A stretch of 64,000 bases of DNA from an uncultured Prevotellaceae bacterium (GCA_900318795.1 ONLU01000019.1:178-64177), one strand, 5' to 3'; shown: positions 19,503 to 27,996, counted from the first letter of the stretch. Translations and numbers: made by a program. The notes: a model not told the origin generated them from the sequence alone.

Positions 19503-19531
19503 GGCTCTTCATCCCAACAGGAAGAAGAACC
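19503..19531. terminator. Putative hairpin between convergent genes
   Basis: GGCTCTTC...GAAGAACC imperfect stem. Confidence 0.4.
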
Positions 19532-19542
19532 CTAGTATTTAA

Positions 19543-20295
19543 TCAGTGTCTGAAGCGTATTTCGCGAAGGCTGTGCTTGCCCATAAAGCGGCTCTTGTCC
19601 ACAAAACCATTCACTCCCACGATACGTCCCTTTGCCGTATACTGCCACATCGTGATATCACGATCGTCAGCCAACACAGGCGGCTCGTCCGTATACATGG
19701 CTATCATCAGTTTGTAGTCGTCAATCTTACCCTTCAGGTGCTTGTTATAGAAATTGCGTCCTGTATAGAGCAAGGGCTTCTGATGATAGGCATCCTCCAC
19801 TAAGTCGAGGAAATAGAACAGCGAGTCGCAGAATACATCGGTAGACAGGCCTCCCGTCGACTCTATGTCAATCATCGGCACCAAGTCCTGCTCGCGGGGC
19901 AGACACTGCGACATAAAGTTCTGCAGCTGTTTCTGCTGGTCAGTCAACGGGCGGTAGAAGTGATAGCTTCCCACCTTCAGCCCGTGACGATGAGCCATCT
20001 CGATGTTGCGCTCAAAGGTGGCATCTATGCGATCGCCACCTTCAGTAGCCTTCAGATAGACATACGCCATCTTGGTATTGTCGCCCACAGCCTCCCAGAA
20101 CACATTGCCCTGATAATGACTCAGGTCGATGCCATGAACGTGAGAGCAGGTATCCTCACACAGGATGTTGGGGTTGACAACTGGTGCTGCTGAAATACTG
20201 TCCTTAGCCGTCTCCAGAAATACATCATCCTGAGCATACACACCACCCACAAAACAGAAAACTATATTGAGTAAAACGATCAGTTTCTTCATCAT
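19543..20295 (-). CDS. GH25 lysozyme/muramidase
   Basis: Signal peptide; GIDLSHYQG, YLKATEG, GSYHFY, MIDIE and WQYT motifs. Confidence 0.92.
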   Translation of the reverse strand: MMKKLIVLLNIVFCFVGGVYAQDDVFLETAKDSISAAPVVNPNILCEDTCSHVHGIDLSHYQGNVFWEAVGDNTKMAYVYLKATEGGDRIDATFERNIEMAHRHGLKVGSYHFYRPLTDQQKQLQNFMSQCLPREQDLVPMIDIESTGGLSTDVFCDSLFYFLDLVEDAYHQKPLLYTGRNFYNKHLKGKIDDYKLMIAMYTDEPPVLADDRDITMWQYTAKGRIVGVNGFVDKSRFMGKHSLREIRFRH

Positions 20296-20312
20296 TCTTT
20301 AAAATTTAGGTG

Positions 20313-20350
20313 CAAAGATAGCAAAAATCCCCATATTATTCGTATCTTTG
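20313..20350. promoter_or_regulatory. Back-to-back TATCTTTG -7 elements driving GH25 (minus) and the C11 protease (plus)
   Basis: GTGCAAAGATA at 20310-20320 and TATCTTTGCAC at 20343-20353 are exact inverted copies. Confidence 0.7.
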
Positions 20351-20368
20351 CACGAAAAAAGTAAGGAT

Positions 20369-21637
20369 ATGAAATATTTATTGATGTTTATTAGTGCCAT
20401 GCTGCTCATGGAATCTTGCAAGAGTGACGACGACAAACAGCCTGTCAAAGAAAAGGTTAAGCGCACAGTCTTTGTCTATATGGCAGGTGAAAACCAACTC
20501 ACAAACATTACTTCCGACGATATCAAAGAAATGACAGATGGAGCTGCCAGCATACCGTCAAACAGCCGCATGCTCGTCTATGTAGATAAGGCAGATTCAA
20601 AAATCAAGCCTTTCATCGCCCAAGTCACTACCAACAAGCAGCAGCCTCTTGACACGCTGTATAAGTACCCCAACGACCCCTACACCTCTGATGCAGACAA
20701 TTTCCGGGAAGTGATGGAACGCATGATGGCGATCTCGCCTTCCGATGAATACGCCCTGATACTTTGGGGACACGGCAGCGGCTGGGTGGTAGAGAATGAC
20801 ACCATCCCAGGTCCCTCGCGCCGTGCCTATGGTGTTGACAATGGGACTAACAACCCACAGTCCAATTATGGGAAATGGATGAACATCACCCAGATGGCAA
20901 GGACTTTAGAAGGTCTCACCCCGTTCAAGTTCATTTTTGCCGACTGCTGTAACATGGCCTGTGCCGAAGTGGGTTACGAACTGCGTAACGCGACAGAGTA
21001 CCTCATTGGCTCACCGGCAGAGATTCCCGGATTTGGTGCTCCCTACGATAAAATCATGCCTTCATTATTTAAGAACGGTAGCGACATGTATCGTGGCATT
21101 ATTGATGCATATTATGACTACTATGCCGACTATTATCAGAAGAATTCCCCAATTGTAAGTGGTGTGGGAAGTGAAGATCTGGATGGATTCAGTGTTCCGC
21201 TGTCTGTCATCGACTCACGTTACATCGCCCAGTTGGCTGAGGCCACACGGGATGTCTTGACCACCTTTGCACCCCAATATCCTAACGAGCCTGAACTCAA
21301 TGGTATTCCCTACTACCTAAATTTGGATGTTCCCGTCATGTACGATATGAAGGCCTATATCCAGCGCTATGCCAGTGCTAACGATTATGCGACATGGAAA
21401 AAGGCCTTCGACCTGGCTGTTCCATATTCACGTATGTCCTTCATGTGGATGACCATAAGCGCAACCCTTTACTATAAGGACTTCGACAAATTCGACAAGA
21501 AGGTAGACGGCGGATCTGTCAGCATGTTCATTCCACAAAACCACACCAGTTATTTTTCTGGCAATTACGCCTATAACAAAAAGTCCAACAACTTCGGTTG
21601 GAACCGCATCATCAACTGGAGCCGCTTCGGCTGGTAA
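20369..21637 (+). CDS. Clostripain-family (C11) cysteine peptidase lipoprotein
   Basis: Lipobox-like LLMESC; RTVFVYMAGEN, catalytic WGHGSGW and ADCCNM, GSPAEIP motifs. Confidence 0.88.
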   Translation: MKYLLMFISAMLLMESCKSDDDKQPVKEKVKRTVFVYMAGENQLTNITSDDIKEMTDGAASIPSNSRMLVYVDKADSKIKPFIAQVTTNKQQPLDTLYKYPNDPYTSDADNFREVMERMMAISPSDEYALILWGHGSGWVVENDTIPGPSRRAYGVDNGTNNPQSNYGKWMNITQMARTLEGLTPFKFIFADCCNMACAEVGYELRNATEYLIGSPAEIPGFGAPYDKIMPSLFKNGSDMYRGIIDAYYDYYADYYQKNSPIVSGVGSEDLDGFSVPLSVIDSRYIAQLAEATRDVLTTFAPQYPNEPELNGIPYYLNLDVPVMYDMKAYIQRYASANDYATWKKAFDLAVPYSRMSFMWMTISATLYYKDFDKFDKKVDGGSVSMFIPQNHTSYFSGNYAYNKKSNNFGWNRIINWSRFGW

Positions 21638-21664
21638 AGAAATATCATAAACACTTAGAAAACA

Positions 21665-21692
21665 AAAAGGCTGCCTTTACTCGGCAGCCTTT
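21665..21692. terminator. Bidirectional intrinsic terminator overlapping the gldE stop codon
   Basis: AAAAAGGCTGCC-TTTACTC-GGCAGCCTTTT. Confidence 0.75.
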
Positions 21693-22996
21693 TCATTTAC
21701 CACGACTTTCACCTTTGAGATGCGCCGCTCTTCCATGGCGAGAATCTCGAAGGTAAAATCCTGATAGGCTATCTTCTCGTGTAACTTGGGGAAGTCACCC
21801 TTAATCTCAAGCAACAGGCCTGCCAACGTGTCAGCATCACCTTCCACCTCCTCAAAGATATCATCGTCCAGTTTCAGGATTTTATAGAAGTCACTCAACA
21901 GCGTCTTGCCTTCAAAGACGAAGGTATTGTTGTTGATGCGGACATAGCTCTTCTCGTCATCATCGTACTCGTCGTTGATTTCGCCAACAATCTCCTCCAA
22001 GATATCCTCCAACGTCACAATGCCGCTGGTACCTCCGAACTCATCTACAACAATGGCGATATGCACCTTATTCTCTTGGAACTCACGTAACAAGTCGTCA
22101 ATCTTCTTGGTTTCTGGTACGAAGTAAGGCGGACGTATCAACGACTGCCAACGGAAGTTGTTTCCCTTCGACAGATGGGGCAGCAAGTCCTTGATATACA
22201 GGATGCCACGCACGTTGTCGCTATTGTCCTGATATACGGGAATGCGCGAGTAGTTGTTTTCTACCACACACTGCATCACCTCCTGGAACGAAGCCTTGAA
22301 GTCAAGGTCCACCACGTCCTGACGCGAAGTCATAATCTCCTTGGCGGTCTCATCGCCAAAGCGCACAATACCTTCCAGCATGCGCTGCTCTTCCTTAATA
22401 TCTTCCTTATCGGTCAGTTCCAGCGCCTGCTCCAAGTCGTCCACACTCAACGCATGGCTCTCCTTGGTCACCACTTTGTCTGCCAATCGTCCAGACCCCA
22501 TCACAATAGTGGCAATGGGATAGAAGATCTTCCTGCAGAACAGGATACCTCCCACTGCTCTGCGACAGAAACTCAGCGCATGCTGTCCACAATACACCTT
22601 AGGCATGATTTCACCAAAAAGCAACAGCAGGAAGGTCAGCAACACTGTCATACATGTAAACTGCAACCACCAAGACGAACCGAAGTTCACCGTGTGGCTG
22701 AAGAAATAAGTGCTGAGCATGATGATGGTGACGTTCACCAGATTGTTGGTTATAAGTATGGTAGCCAGCGTTCGCTCTGAATCGTTGCGCAACTGCTTGA
22801 TTTGTACGTCTCCTGTGGTTTTCTCCTCGTCCAGTTCATTCAGGTCGGATGGAGACAAAGAAAAGAACGCAATCTCCGAACCCGAGGCAAAACTCGACAC
22901 AAACAATAAAAGACAGGCGCAAATACCTGCCACAATGGCTCCTATGGATGGTGACATCAGAGTCACCTCATTGAACACTTGCAAATACTCGTCCAT
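21677..22996 (-). CDS. gldE: GldE / CNNM-CBS-CorC hemolysin-family membrane protein
   Basis: SGSEIAFFS, TILITNNLVN, FGEIMPK, YSRIPVY, VVDEFGGTSGIVTLEDILEEIVGEI motifs; ssb-gldE order. Confidence 0.88.
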   Translation of the reverse strand: MDEYLQVFNEVTLMSPSIGAIVAGICACLLLFVSSFASGSEIAFFSLSPSDLNELDEEKTTGDVQIKQLRNDSERTLATILITNNLVNVTIIMLSTYFFSHTVNFGSSWWLQFTCMTVLLTFLLLLFGEIMPKVYCGQHALSFCRRAVGGILFCRKIFYPIATIVMGSGRLADKVVTKESHALSVDDLEQALELTDKEDIKEEQRMLEGIVRFGDETAKEIMTSRQDVVDLDFKASFQEVMQCVVENNYSRIPVYQDNSDNVRGILYIKDLLPHLSKGNNFRWQSLIRPPYFVPETKKIDDLLREFQENKVHIAIVVDEFGGTSGIVTLEDILEEIVGEINDEYDDDEKSYVRINNNTFVFEGKTLLSDFYKILKLDDDIFEEVEGDADTLAGLLLEIKGDFPKLHEKIAYQDFTFEILAMEERRISKVKVVVNEKAAE

Positions 22997-22998
22997 GA

Positions 22999-23337
22999 CT
23001 ATTCAGTGGGCTTGGGCGTCAGCATCTCCATATTGTCAGCCCAAATTTCCGTCGTAAAGCGGCGCTGTCCCTGCTTGTCGTCGTAGGTGGAATAGCGCAG
23101 ACGGCCCTCTATATACAATTTATCGCCCTTATGAACATACTTTTCAACTATCTCCGCCAGCTTACGCCACAATATCACGTTGTGCCAGTCTGTATGGTCA
23201 GGCACCTGTGTACCGTTCTGCAACGTATAGCCGCGCTCCGTCGTTGCCAAACGCAGGCGGGCTACAGCCACGCCCTGCTCCACATAGCGGATTTCAGGTT
23301 CGGCACCCACATTGCCTATCAGCATTACTTTATTCAT
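22999..23337 (-). CDS. ssb: Single-stranded DNA-binding protein (OB fold only)
   Basis: MNKVMLIGNVG, LATTE, TDWHNV and KGDKLYIEGRL motifs. Confidence 0.93.
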   Translation of the reverse strand: MNKVMLIGNVGAEPEIRYVEQGVAVARLRLATTERGYTLQNGTQVPDHTDWHNVILWRKLAEIVEKYVHKGDKLYIEGRLRYSTYDDKQGQRRFTTEIWADNMEMLTPKPTE

Positions 23338-23355
23338 CGCCGCTCCACATCAAAG

Positions 23356-23892
23356 TTACTTGCAGTCACCCAAAAAGCGGAACTTGAAATTCTTTCCCTT
23401 AGCTGAGGGGAACTGGCTACGTGGGTCTACACGCTCGCTCAGATGGTCTACAATGCGGTTATAGCAGTCCTGGCCAGACTCTGCCTTACAACAAGCCTCG
23501 AAATGCGTATCACGATACTGGAACTTACCCGTACCTGGCACCATCAGCACACGTTTGAAGTCAATAGAACCCTCATACCATCCATAGCGTTCCTCGTTCA
23601 GACGAAGCACCGTCGGTGTTGCCGGCTTGACACCTCCGACAGAAGTGTGAACGGCCTTCTTATCCTTGAAGTCCTGCATCGTAGAGGCTTCTGTCTTGAT
23701 AATGATAAAATAAATGCGGGGACGTACCTTATAACGTTTCGGAAATACAACATCACTTGCTACATAGTCGCGAATATCACGTTCCAAAACGGGGTTCATT
23801 CCTATTTCTTCGATATCGGCAAGGAACGCAATAGCATCATCGACATTCGTTACCAGAACCTCTCTGTCAAAATACCTAAGATATAAATTCAT
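23356..23892 (-). CDS. Hypothetical protein (178 aa)
   Basis: Start moved to MNLYLRYFD because the upstream part of the track ORF overlaps tRNA genes. Confidence 0.75.
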   Translation of the reverse strand: MNLYLRYFDREVLVTNVDDAIAFLADIEEIGMNPVLERDIRDYVASDVVFPKRYKVRPRIYFIIIKTEASTMQDFKDKKAVHTSVGGVKPATPTVLRLNEERYGWYEGSIDFKRVLMVPGTGKFQYRDTHFEACCKAESGQDCYNRIVDHLSERVDPRSQFPSAKGKNFKFRFLGDCK

Positions 23893-23930
23893 TAGAATGG
23901 GTTGTTTTCCTGTGTGGTTTATCTTAAAAG

Positions 23931-24003
23931 AGCGGAAAACGGGACTCGGACCCGCGACCCCAACCTTGGCAAGGTTGTGCTCTACCAACTGAGCTATTTC
24001 CGC
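23931..24003 (-). tRNA. tRNA-Gly(GCC)
   Basis: GCGGAAATAGCTCAGTTGGTAGAGCACAACCTTGCCAAGGTTGGGGTCGCGGGTCCGAGTCCCGTTTTCCGCT. Confidence 0.95.
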
Positions 24004-24026
24004 AGACTGTTTTTTTCGAAGAATAA

Positions 24027-24113
24027 TGGTGAAGAGGAGGAGACTCGAACTCCCACGTCGCAATTGACACTACCCCCTCAAAGTAGCGCGTCTACCAATT
24101 CCGCCACCTCTCC
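24027..24113 (-). tRNA. tRNA-Leu(GAG), CCA encoded
   Basis: GGAGAGGTGGCGGAATTGGTAGACGCGCTACTTTGAGGGGGTAG...GTTCGAGTCTCCTCCTCTTCACCA with long variable arm. Confidence 0.93.
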
Positions 24114-24146
24114 AACACCAAAATAACCGCTGACCAAAAAAGAGAG

Positions 24147-24228
24147 TGCCCAGAACAGGACTCGAACCTGCACGCCTCGCGGCACACGCACCTGAAACGT
24201 GCGCGTCTACCAATTCCGCCACCTGGGC
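24147..24228 (-). tRNA. tRNA-Leu(CAG)
   Basis: GCCCAGGTGGCGGAATTGGTAGACGCGCACGTTTCAGGTGCGTG...GTTCGAGTCCTGTTCTGGGCA. Confidence 0.95.
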
Positions 24229-24280
24229 ATTATATCATTAAGACCCAACGTCCTAATGCTCTTTTTTGTTCAACATGTTG

Positions 24281-24334
24281 AGCGGAAAACGGGACTCGGA
24301 CCCGCGACCCCAACCTTGGCAAGGTTGTGCTCTA
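24281..24334 (-). pseudogene. 5'-truncated tRNA-Gly(GCC)
   Basis: 54 nt identical to the 3' part of 23931-24003; the first 19 nt are missing. Confidence 0.85.
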
Positions 24335-24373
24335 AATTCCTCATCAGAGGAGCATCTCTCTCGATTGCGGATG

Positions 24374-24381
24374 CAAAGGTA
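24374..24381 (-). promoter_or_regulatory. TACCTTTG -7 element of the tRNA operon
   Basis: Matches TAnnTTTG about 40 nt upstream of the tRNA fragment. Confidence 0.7.
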
Positions 24382-24516
24382 CTACTTTTTTCGGAACTGC
24401 CAAAACTTTTTGGCACTTTTTTCACAAAAAACTTTTATTTTCCACATTTTCCGGCCTCCACCCCCACCCTACACCTTATTATATATAGGATCCATACCGT
24501 CTAAGCCACCTTACTC

Positions 24517-24586
24517 CTCACCACGAACGAGCCGTAATCTCGTGACCTGTGAGCAGTAATCTCACTACGAACGATATTACGGCTCG
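24517..24586. repeat. 22-bp tandem units containing a 16-bp inverted repeat
   Basis: CTCACCACGAACGAGCCGTAAT / CTCGTGACCTGTGAGCAGTAAT / CTCACTACGAACGA; 24528-24543 and 24571-24586 are inverted at 15/16. Confidence 0.75.
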
Positions 24587-24756
24587 CTTTTATTGACAAA
24601 AACCGCATCTAGTGGAACCACGGCTGATACCAAAAATGCCTATCACTCACGCAGACGTCATCTACGAGTTGTGCGGATAATCTCTATAGGGGTATGGAAG
24701 GCATTGGCGTAACCCACGGAGCCTATCTGCATCAGCGATAGAAGGCATTCCTTCAA

Positions 24757-24878
24757 GTGTAAGATTGCGAAGCCACACTTATACCTTCAGGTGTAAGATT
24801 GCGAAGCCACACTTATACCTTCAGGTGTAAGAAGGTGTAAGAAGGTGCCGGATAAAAATACGCCATCTTACACCTGAA
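24757..24878. repeat. Exact 34-bp tandem duplication, two 10-mers and an inverted 13-mer
   Basis: GTGTAAGATTGCGAAGCCACACTTATACCTTCAG x2 (24757-24824), GTGTAAGAAG x2, and TCTTACACCTGAA at 24866-24878. Confidence 0.9.
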
Positions 24879-24954
24879 AAGCATTGGCTTTCAATATATT
24901 ACAGCGTTCAGTAGTGCTTGTAGTAGGATAAATACTTGGTTGCTTATATAAGAG

Positions 24955-26085
24955 TCAATCCATGCGGGAGCGATAGTCCTCGTAGGTGAACTGGCGCAGC
25001 AGTTCTAATGTGCCGTCCTGATGGAGCATGGCTATGGAGGGATGAGTGATGCCGTTGAAGGTGTTGGTCTTGACGGTGGTGTAGTGAATCATGTCCTCAA
25101 AGACCATCTGTTCGCCTATCTCCAGCTCATGGTCGAAACGCCAATAGCCCATGAAGTCGCCGCTCAGACAGCTGTTGCCGCCTAATCTATAAAGGTGAGA
25201 GGTGAGAGGTGAGAGGTGAGAGATTTCTTCAACATGTTTAGCATTGCGGACATCGGGATAATAGGGCATCTCCAGACAGTCGGGCATGTGGCAGGTGAAG
25301 CTGACGTCGAGGATGGCGGTACGGATGCCTTTGTCCTCTACCACGTCAACTACGCTTGCAACGAGCGGTCCCGTCTGCCAGGCAAAGGCGCTGCCGGGCT
25401 CGAAAATAACCTTCAGGTGCGGATAGCGCTGGTGGAAGGCCTGCACCAAACGTACCAATAATTCGATATCATAGTCCTTGCGAGTAACGAGATGACCACC
25501 ACCAAAGTTGATCCACTCCAACTGAGAGAACCACTTGGAGAATTTCTCTTCAATATGCTGCAGGCTCCGTTCGAAGACGTCTGCCCCACTCTCGCAATGA
25601 CAATGACAATGGAAGCCGCGGATGTCAGCGGGCAGCTGTTCGGGCAGCTTGTCGGCCGTGACGCCAAAGCGGGTGCCTGGGGCACAGGGATTATACAAGA
25701 GGGTGCCCACCTCTGAGTATTCGGGATTAACGCGCAAACCAATAGAGCACGCTGCAGCCCGCTTGTGAAAACGCTCGTACTGGCTGAGCGAGTTGAACGT
25801 CAGGTGGCTGGAGCAGCGCACGATATCGTCAAACTCGTCATCTTTATAGGCTGGCGAATACGTATGGGCCTTGGCACCAAACTCCTCCAAAGCCAACCGT
25901 GCCTCGCTGAGCGAGCTGGCCGTAGTGGAACGGATATACTCGCGGAAGATGGGAAACGTCTTCCACAAGGCAAAGGCCTTGAAAGCCAGAATCCACTCAG
26001 AATCTGTACGCTCAGCCACCGTTCGGATGAGCGACAGATTCCTTCGCAGTTTCTCTTCTTCTATAATGTAAACAGGTGTCTTCAC
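24955..26085 (-). CDS. nspC: Carboxynorspermidine decarboxylase
   Basis: LAFKAF PLP lysine, LRVNPE, YNPCAPGTRFG, NFGGGH, HMPDCLEMPY, GNSCLSGD and HYTTVKTNTFNG motifs. Confidence 0.93.
   Translation of the reverse strand: MKTPVYIIEEEKLRRNLSLIRTVAERTDSEWILAFKAFALWKTFPIFREYIRSTTASSLSEARLALEEFGAKAHTYSPAYKDDEFDDIVRCSSHLTFNSLSQYERFHKRAAACSIGLRVNPEYSEVGTLLYNPCAPGTRFGVTADKLPEQLPADIRGFHCHCHCESGADVFERSLQHIEEKFSKWFSQLEWINFGGGHLVTRKDYDIELLVRLVQAFHQRYPHLKVIFEPGSAFAWQTGPLVASVVDVVEDKGIRTAILDVSFTCHMPDCLEMPYYPDVRNAKHVEEISHLSPLTSHLYRLGGNSCLSGDFMGYWRFDHELEIGEQMVFEDMIHYTTVKTNTFNGITHPSIAMLHQDGTLELLRQFTYEDYRSRMD
25194..25221. repeat. (GGTGAGA) x4 heptamer array inside nspC
   Basis: Encodes SHLSPLTSHL on the minus strand. 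Confidence 0.9.
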
Positions 26086-26097
26086 CGTTTATACCTT

Positions 26098-27138
26098 TTA
26101 TTGTATGCCATCTTCACGCAATTTCTGCTGCCACTTCCAGGCACTTTTCAGCACCTCTTCGGTAGGAGTCTCTGCCTTCCAGCCCAACACCTTGTTGGCC
26201 TTGTCGACATTGCCCCATACCTGCTCGATATCGCCTTCACGACGAGGAGCATAGGTCCAATTGACCTTGACACCTGTGGCTTTTTCGAAGCCTTGCACCA
26301 CCTCGAGTGTAGAAAGGCCCTTGCCCGTGCCGATGTTGAACACCTCAACGGCATCCGTCTCAGGTTTGTCGAGTACGCGCTCCATAGCCTTGACATGGGC
26401 TTTGGCCAGGTCGACAACATAGATATAGTCACGGATGCAGGTCTTATCGGGCGTATTGTAGTCGTTGCCGAAAATCTTTAGCTGCTCACGAATACCCATA
26501 GCCGTCTGGGTTACGAAAGGTATTAGGTTCATGGGCACACCATTAGGCAGTTCGCCAATCAATGCAGTAGGATGAGCACCAATGGGATTGAAGTAGCGCA
26601 GGATAATGCTCTTGATGGGGGCACCCGAGTGGATGTAATCCTGAATGATTTCCTCGTTGATCTGCTTTGTATTGCCATAGGGCGACATTGCCTTCTGGAT
26701 GGGAGCATTCTCGGTAACAGGCAAGTTCTCCTTTGAAGGCTGACCATAGACGGTGCAACTGCTGGAGAAGATGATACCCTTGACGTTGTACTTCGGCATC
26801 AGTTCCAACAGGTTGATGAGCGAAGTCAGGTTGTTGCGATAGTACAACAGAGGCTTCTCTACGCTCTCACCAACAGCCTTGGAAGCAGCGAAGTGGATGA
26901 TACCCTCAATGTCGGGATACTTCTGGAAGATGGCTTCCATTGCCTCCATATCGCAACAGTCTGCCTTTACGAATTCTGGGCGCTGTCCTGTAATCTTCTC
27001 GATGCCGTCAACGACATTGGCATTGGAGTTGGAGAGATTGTCAACGATGACGACTTTGTAGCCCGCATTCTGCAGTTCTACGGTGGTATGACTTCCTATG
27101 AAGCCTGTTCCGCCTGTAACAAGAATAGTTTGTTTCAT
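26098..27138 (-). CDS. galE: UDP-glucose 4-epimerase
   Basis: VTGGTGFIGSH, HFAASKAVGESV, SSSCTVYG, YGNTK, LRYFNPIGAH and RDYI motifs. Confidence 0.95.
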   Translation of the reverse strand: MKQTILVTGGTGFIGSHTTVELQNAGYKVVIVDNLSNSNANVVDGIEKITGQRPEFVKADCCDMEAMEAIFQKYPDIEGIIHFAASKAVGESVEKPLLYYRNNLTSLINLLELMPKYNVKGIIFSSSCTVYGQPSKENLPVTENAPIQKAMSPYGNTKQINEEIIQDYIHSGAPIKSIILRYFNPIGAHPTALIGELPNGVPMNLIPFVTQTAMGIREQLKIFGNDYNTPDKTCIRDYIYVVDLAKAHVKAMERVLDKPETDAVEVFNIGTGKGLSTLEVVQGFEKATGVKVNWTYAPRREGDIEQVWGNVDKANKVLGWKAETPTEEVLKSAWKWQQKLREDGIQ

Positions 27139-27151
27139 ATTTATGATGCTT

Positions 27152-27823
27152 TTATTTAATGACTTCACTTAACTGTTCGGCAATCTGCCTCATACCTTTC
27201 TGCGAGGGGTGCCCCCATTGCTTATCAATATCGTGCAGCAGAATCCAGCGCACCCCATAGTGGTCGCTGATAACCTGCATAGACTCTGTGACCTCCTTGG
27301 TCAGTCCCGTATTGATGACCACATAGATCTCGGCTCCCGGATAATAGTCCTGCAACAAGGAAAGCATGCAGGCCATTGCCGGACGGAAGCTATAGAGATC
27401 CTGACGCGTCCAGTTTTCGTATTTAAACTCTCCGACAGGCGATTTCGCCCACGAGTCATTGGTTCCACCGAAGACAATGATAACCTCAGGCGAACCAAGA
27501 TAAGGTACGCGCGTAACAAAAGAGCGGTCACTATAGTCTTCCTTTCTATAACCGGTATGACAGATGGTAGCCCCTGAGAACGAGTTGTTCTGGCAGAGTC
27601 GGAAATTACCCTTGCTGACAAACTGATGCCACCACGTCTGGCGCACGCTGACGACGTCGTTGTGCTTGACGCTGTCACGAGGATACCATACGAGATTCGT
27701 GTCGGGACGCACAAAGTCTTTGAAGGTGCTGTACGAGTCGCCCAGGATAGAAAGGGCACGTTTCTGTGCACTGGCACTCAGCGCCAGCATCAGCAACAGG
27801 AATAAAGATAGTCTTCTCATCAT
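27152..27823 (-). CDS. SGNH/GDSL hydrolase family protein
   Basis: Signal peptide; GDSYS, FGGTND and GHP blocks. Confidence 0.85.
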   Translation of the reverse strand: MMRRLSLFLLLMLALSASAQKRALSILGDSYSTFKDFVRPDTNLVWYPRDSVKHNDVVSVRQTWWHQFVSKGNFRLCQNNSFSGATICHTGYRKEDYSDRSFVTRVPYLGSPEVIIVFGGTNDSWAKSPVGEFKYENWTRQDLYSFRPAMACMLSLLQDYYPGAEIYVVINTGLTKEVTESMQVISDHYGVRWILLHDIDKQWGHPSQKGMRQIAEQLSEVIK

Positions 27824-27840
27824 CTCCGTTTCAGTTATTG

Positions 27841-27881
27841 AAAAAAGCTCACCGAACCTTATTGATTCTAGTGAGCTCTTT
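27841..27881 (-). terminator. Hairpin downstream of the tRNA-Asp pair
   Basis: AAAAAAGCTCAC...GTGAGCTCTTT. Confidence 0.55.
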
Positions 27882-27889
27882 GTTTCCAG

Positions 27890-27963
27890 CGGTGCGTACG
27901 AGACTCGAACTCGTGACCTCCTGCGTGACAGGCAGGCATTCTAACCTACTGAACTAACGCACC
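27890..27963 (-). tRNA. tRNA-Asp(GTC)
   Basis: GGTGCGTTAGTTCAGTAGGTTAGAATGCCTGCCTGTCACGCAGGAGGTCACGAGTTCGAGTCTCGTACGCACCG. Confidence 0.95.
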
Positions 27964-27996
27964 TTGCTGTTTTAACTTTTTCTGCGACTTCCGAGG

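Noticed and set aside
19543-20295. GH25 as a prophage lysin
   Set aside because: It has a signal peptide and a host promoter, with no holin or phage genes nearby
21677-22996. gldE as evidence of gliding motility
   Set aside because: General CNNM/CBS family protein; no other gliding genes in the window
24335-24353. CTGATGAG hammerhead-like core in the tRNA leader (minus strand)
   Set aside because: No stem II followed by GAAA
23893-24559. ORFs and ORF extensions across the tRNA cluster
   Set aside because: They overlap tRNA genes; the same applies to ORFs over tRNA-Asp and tRNA-Arg
24757-24847. Possible mini-CRISPR
   Set aside because: Units are contiguous and identical, there are no unique spacers, and no cas genes are present
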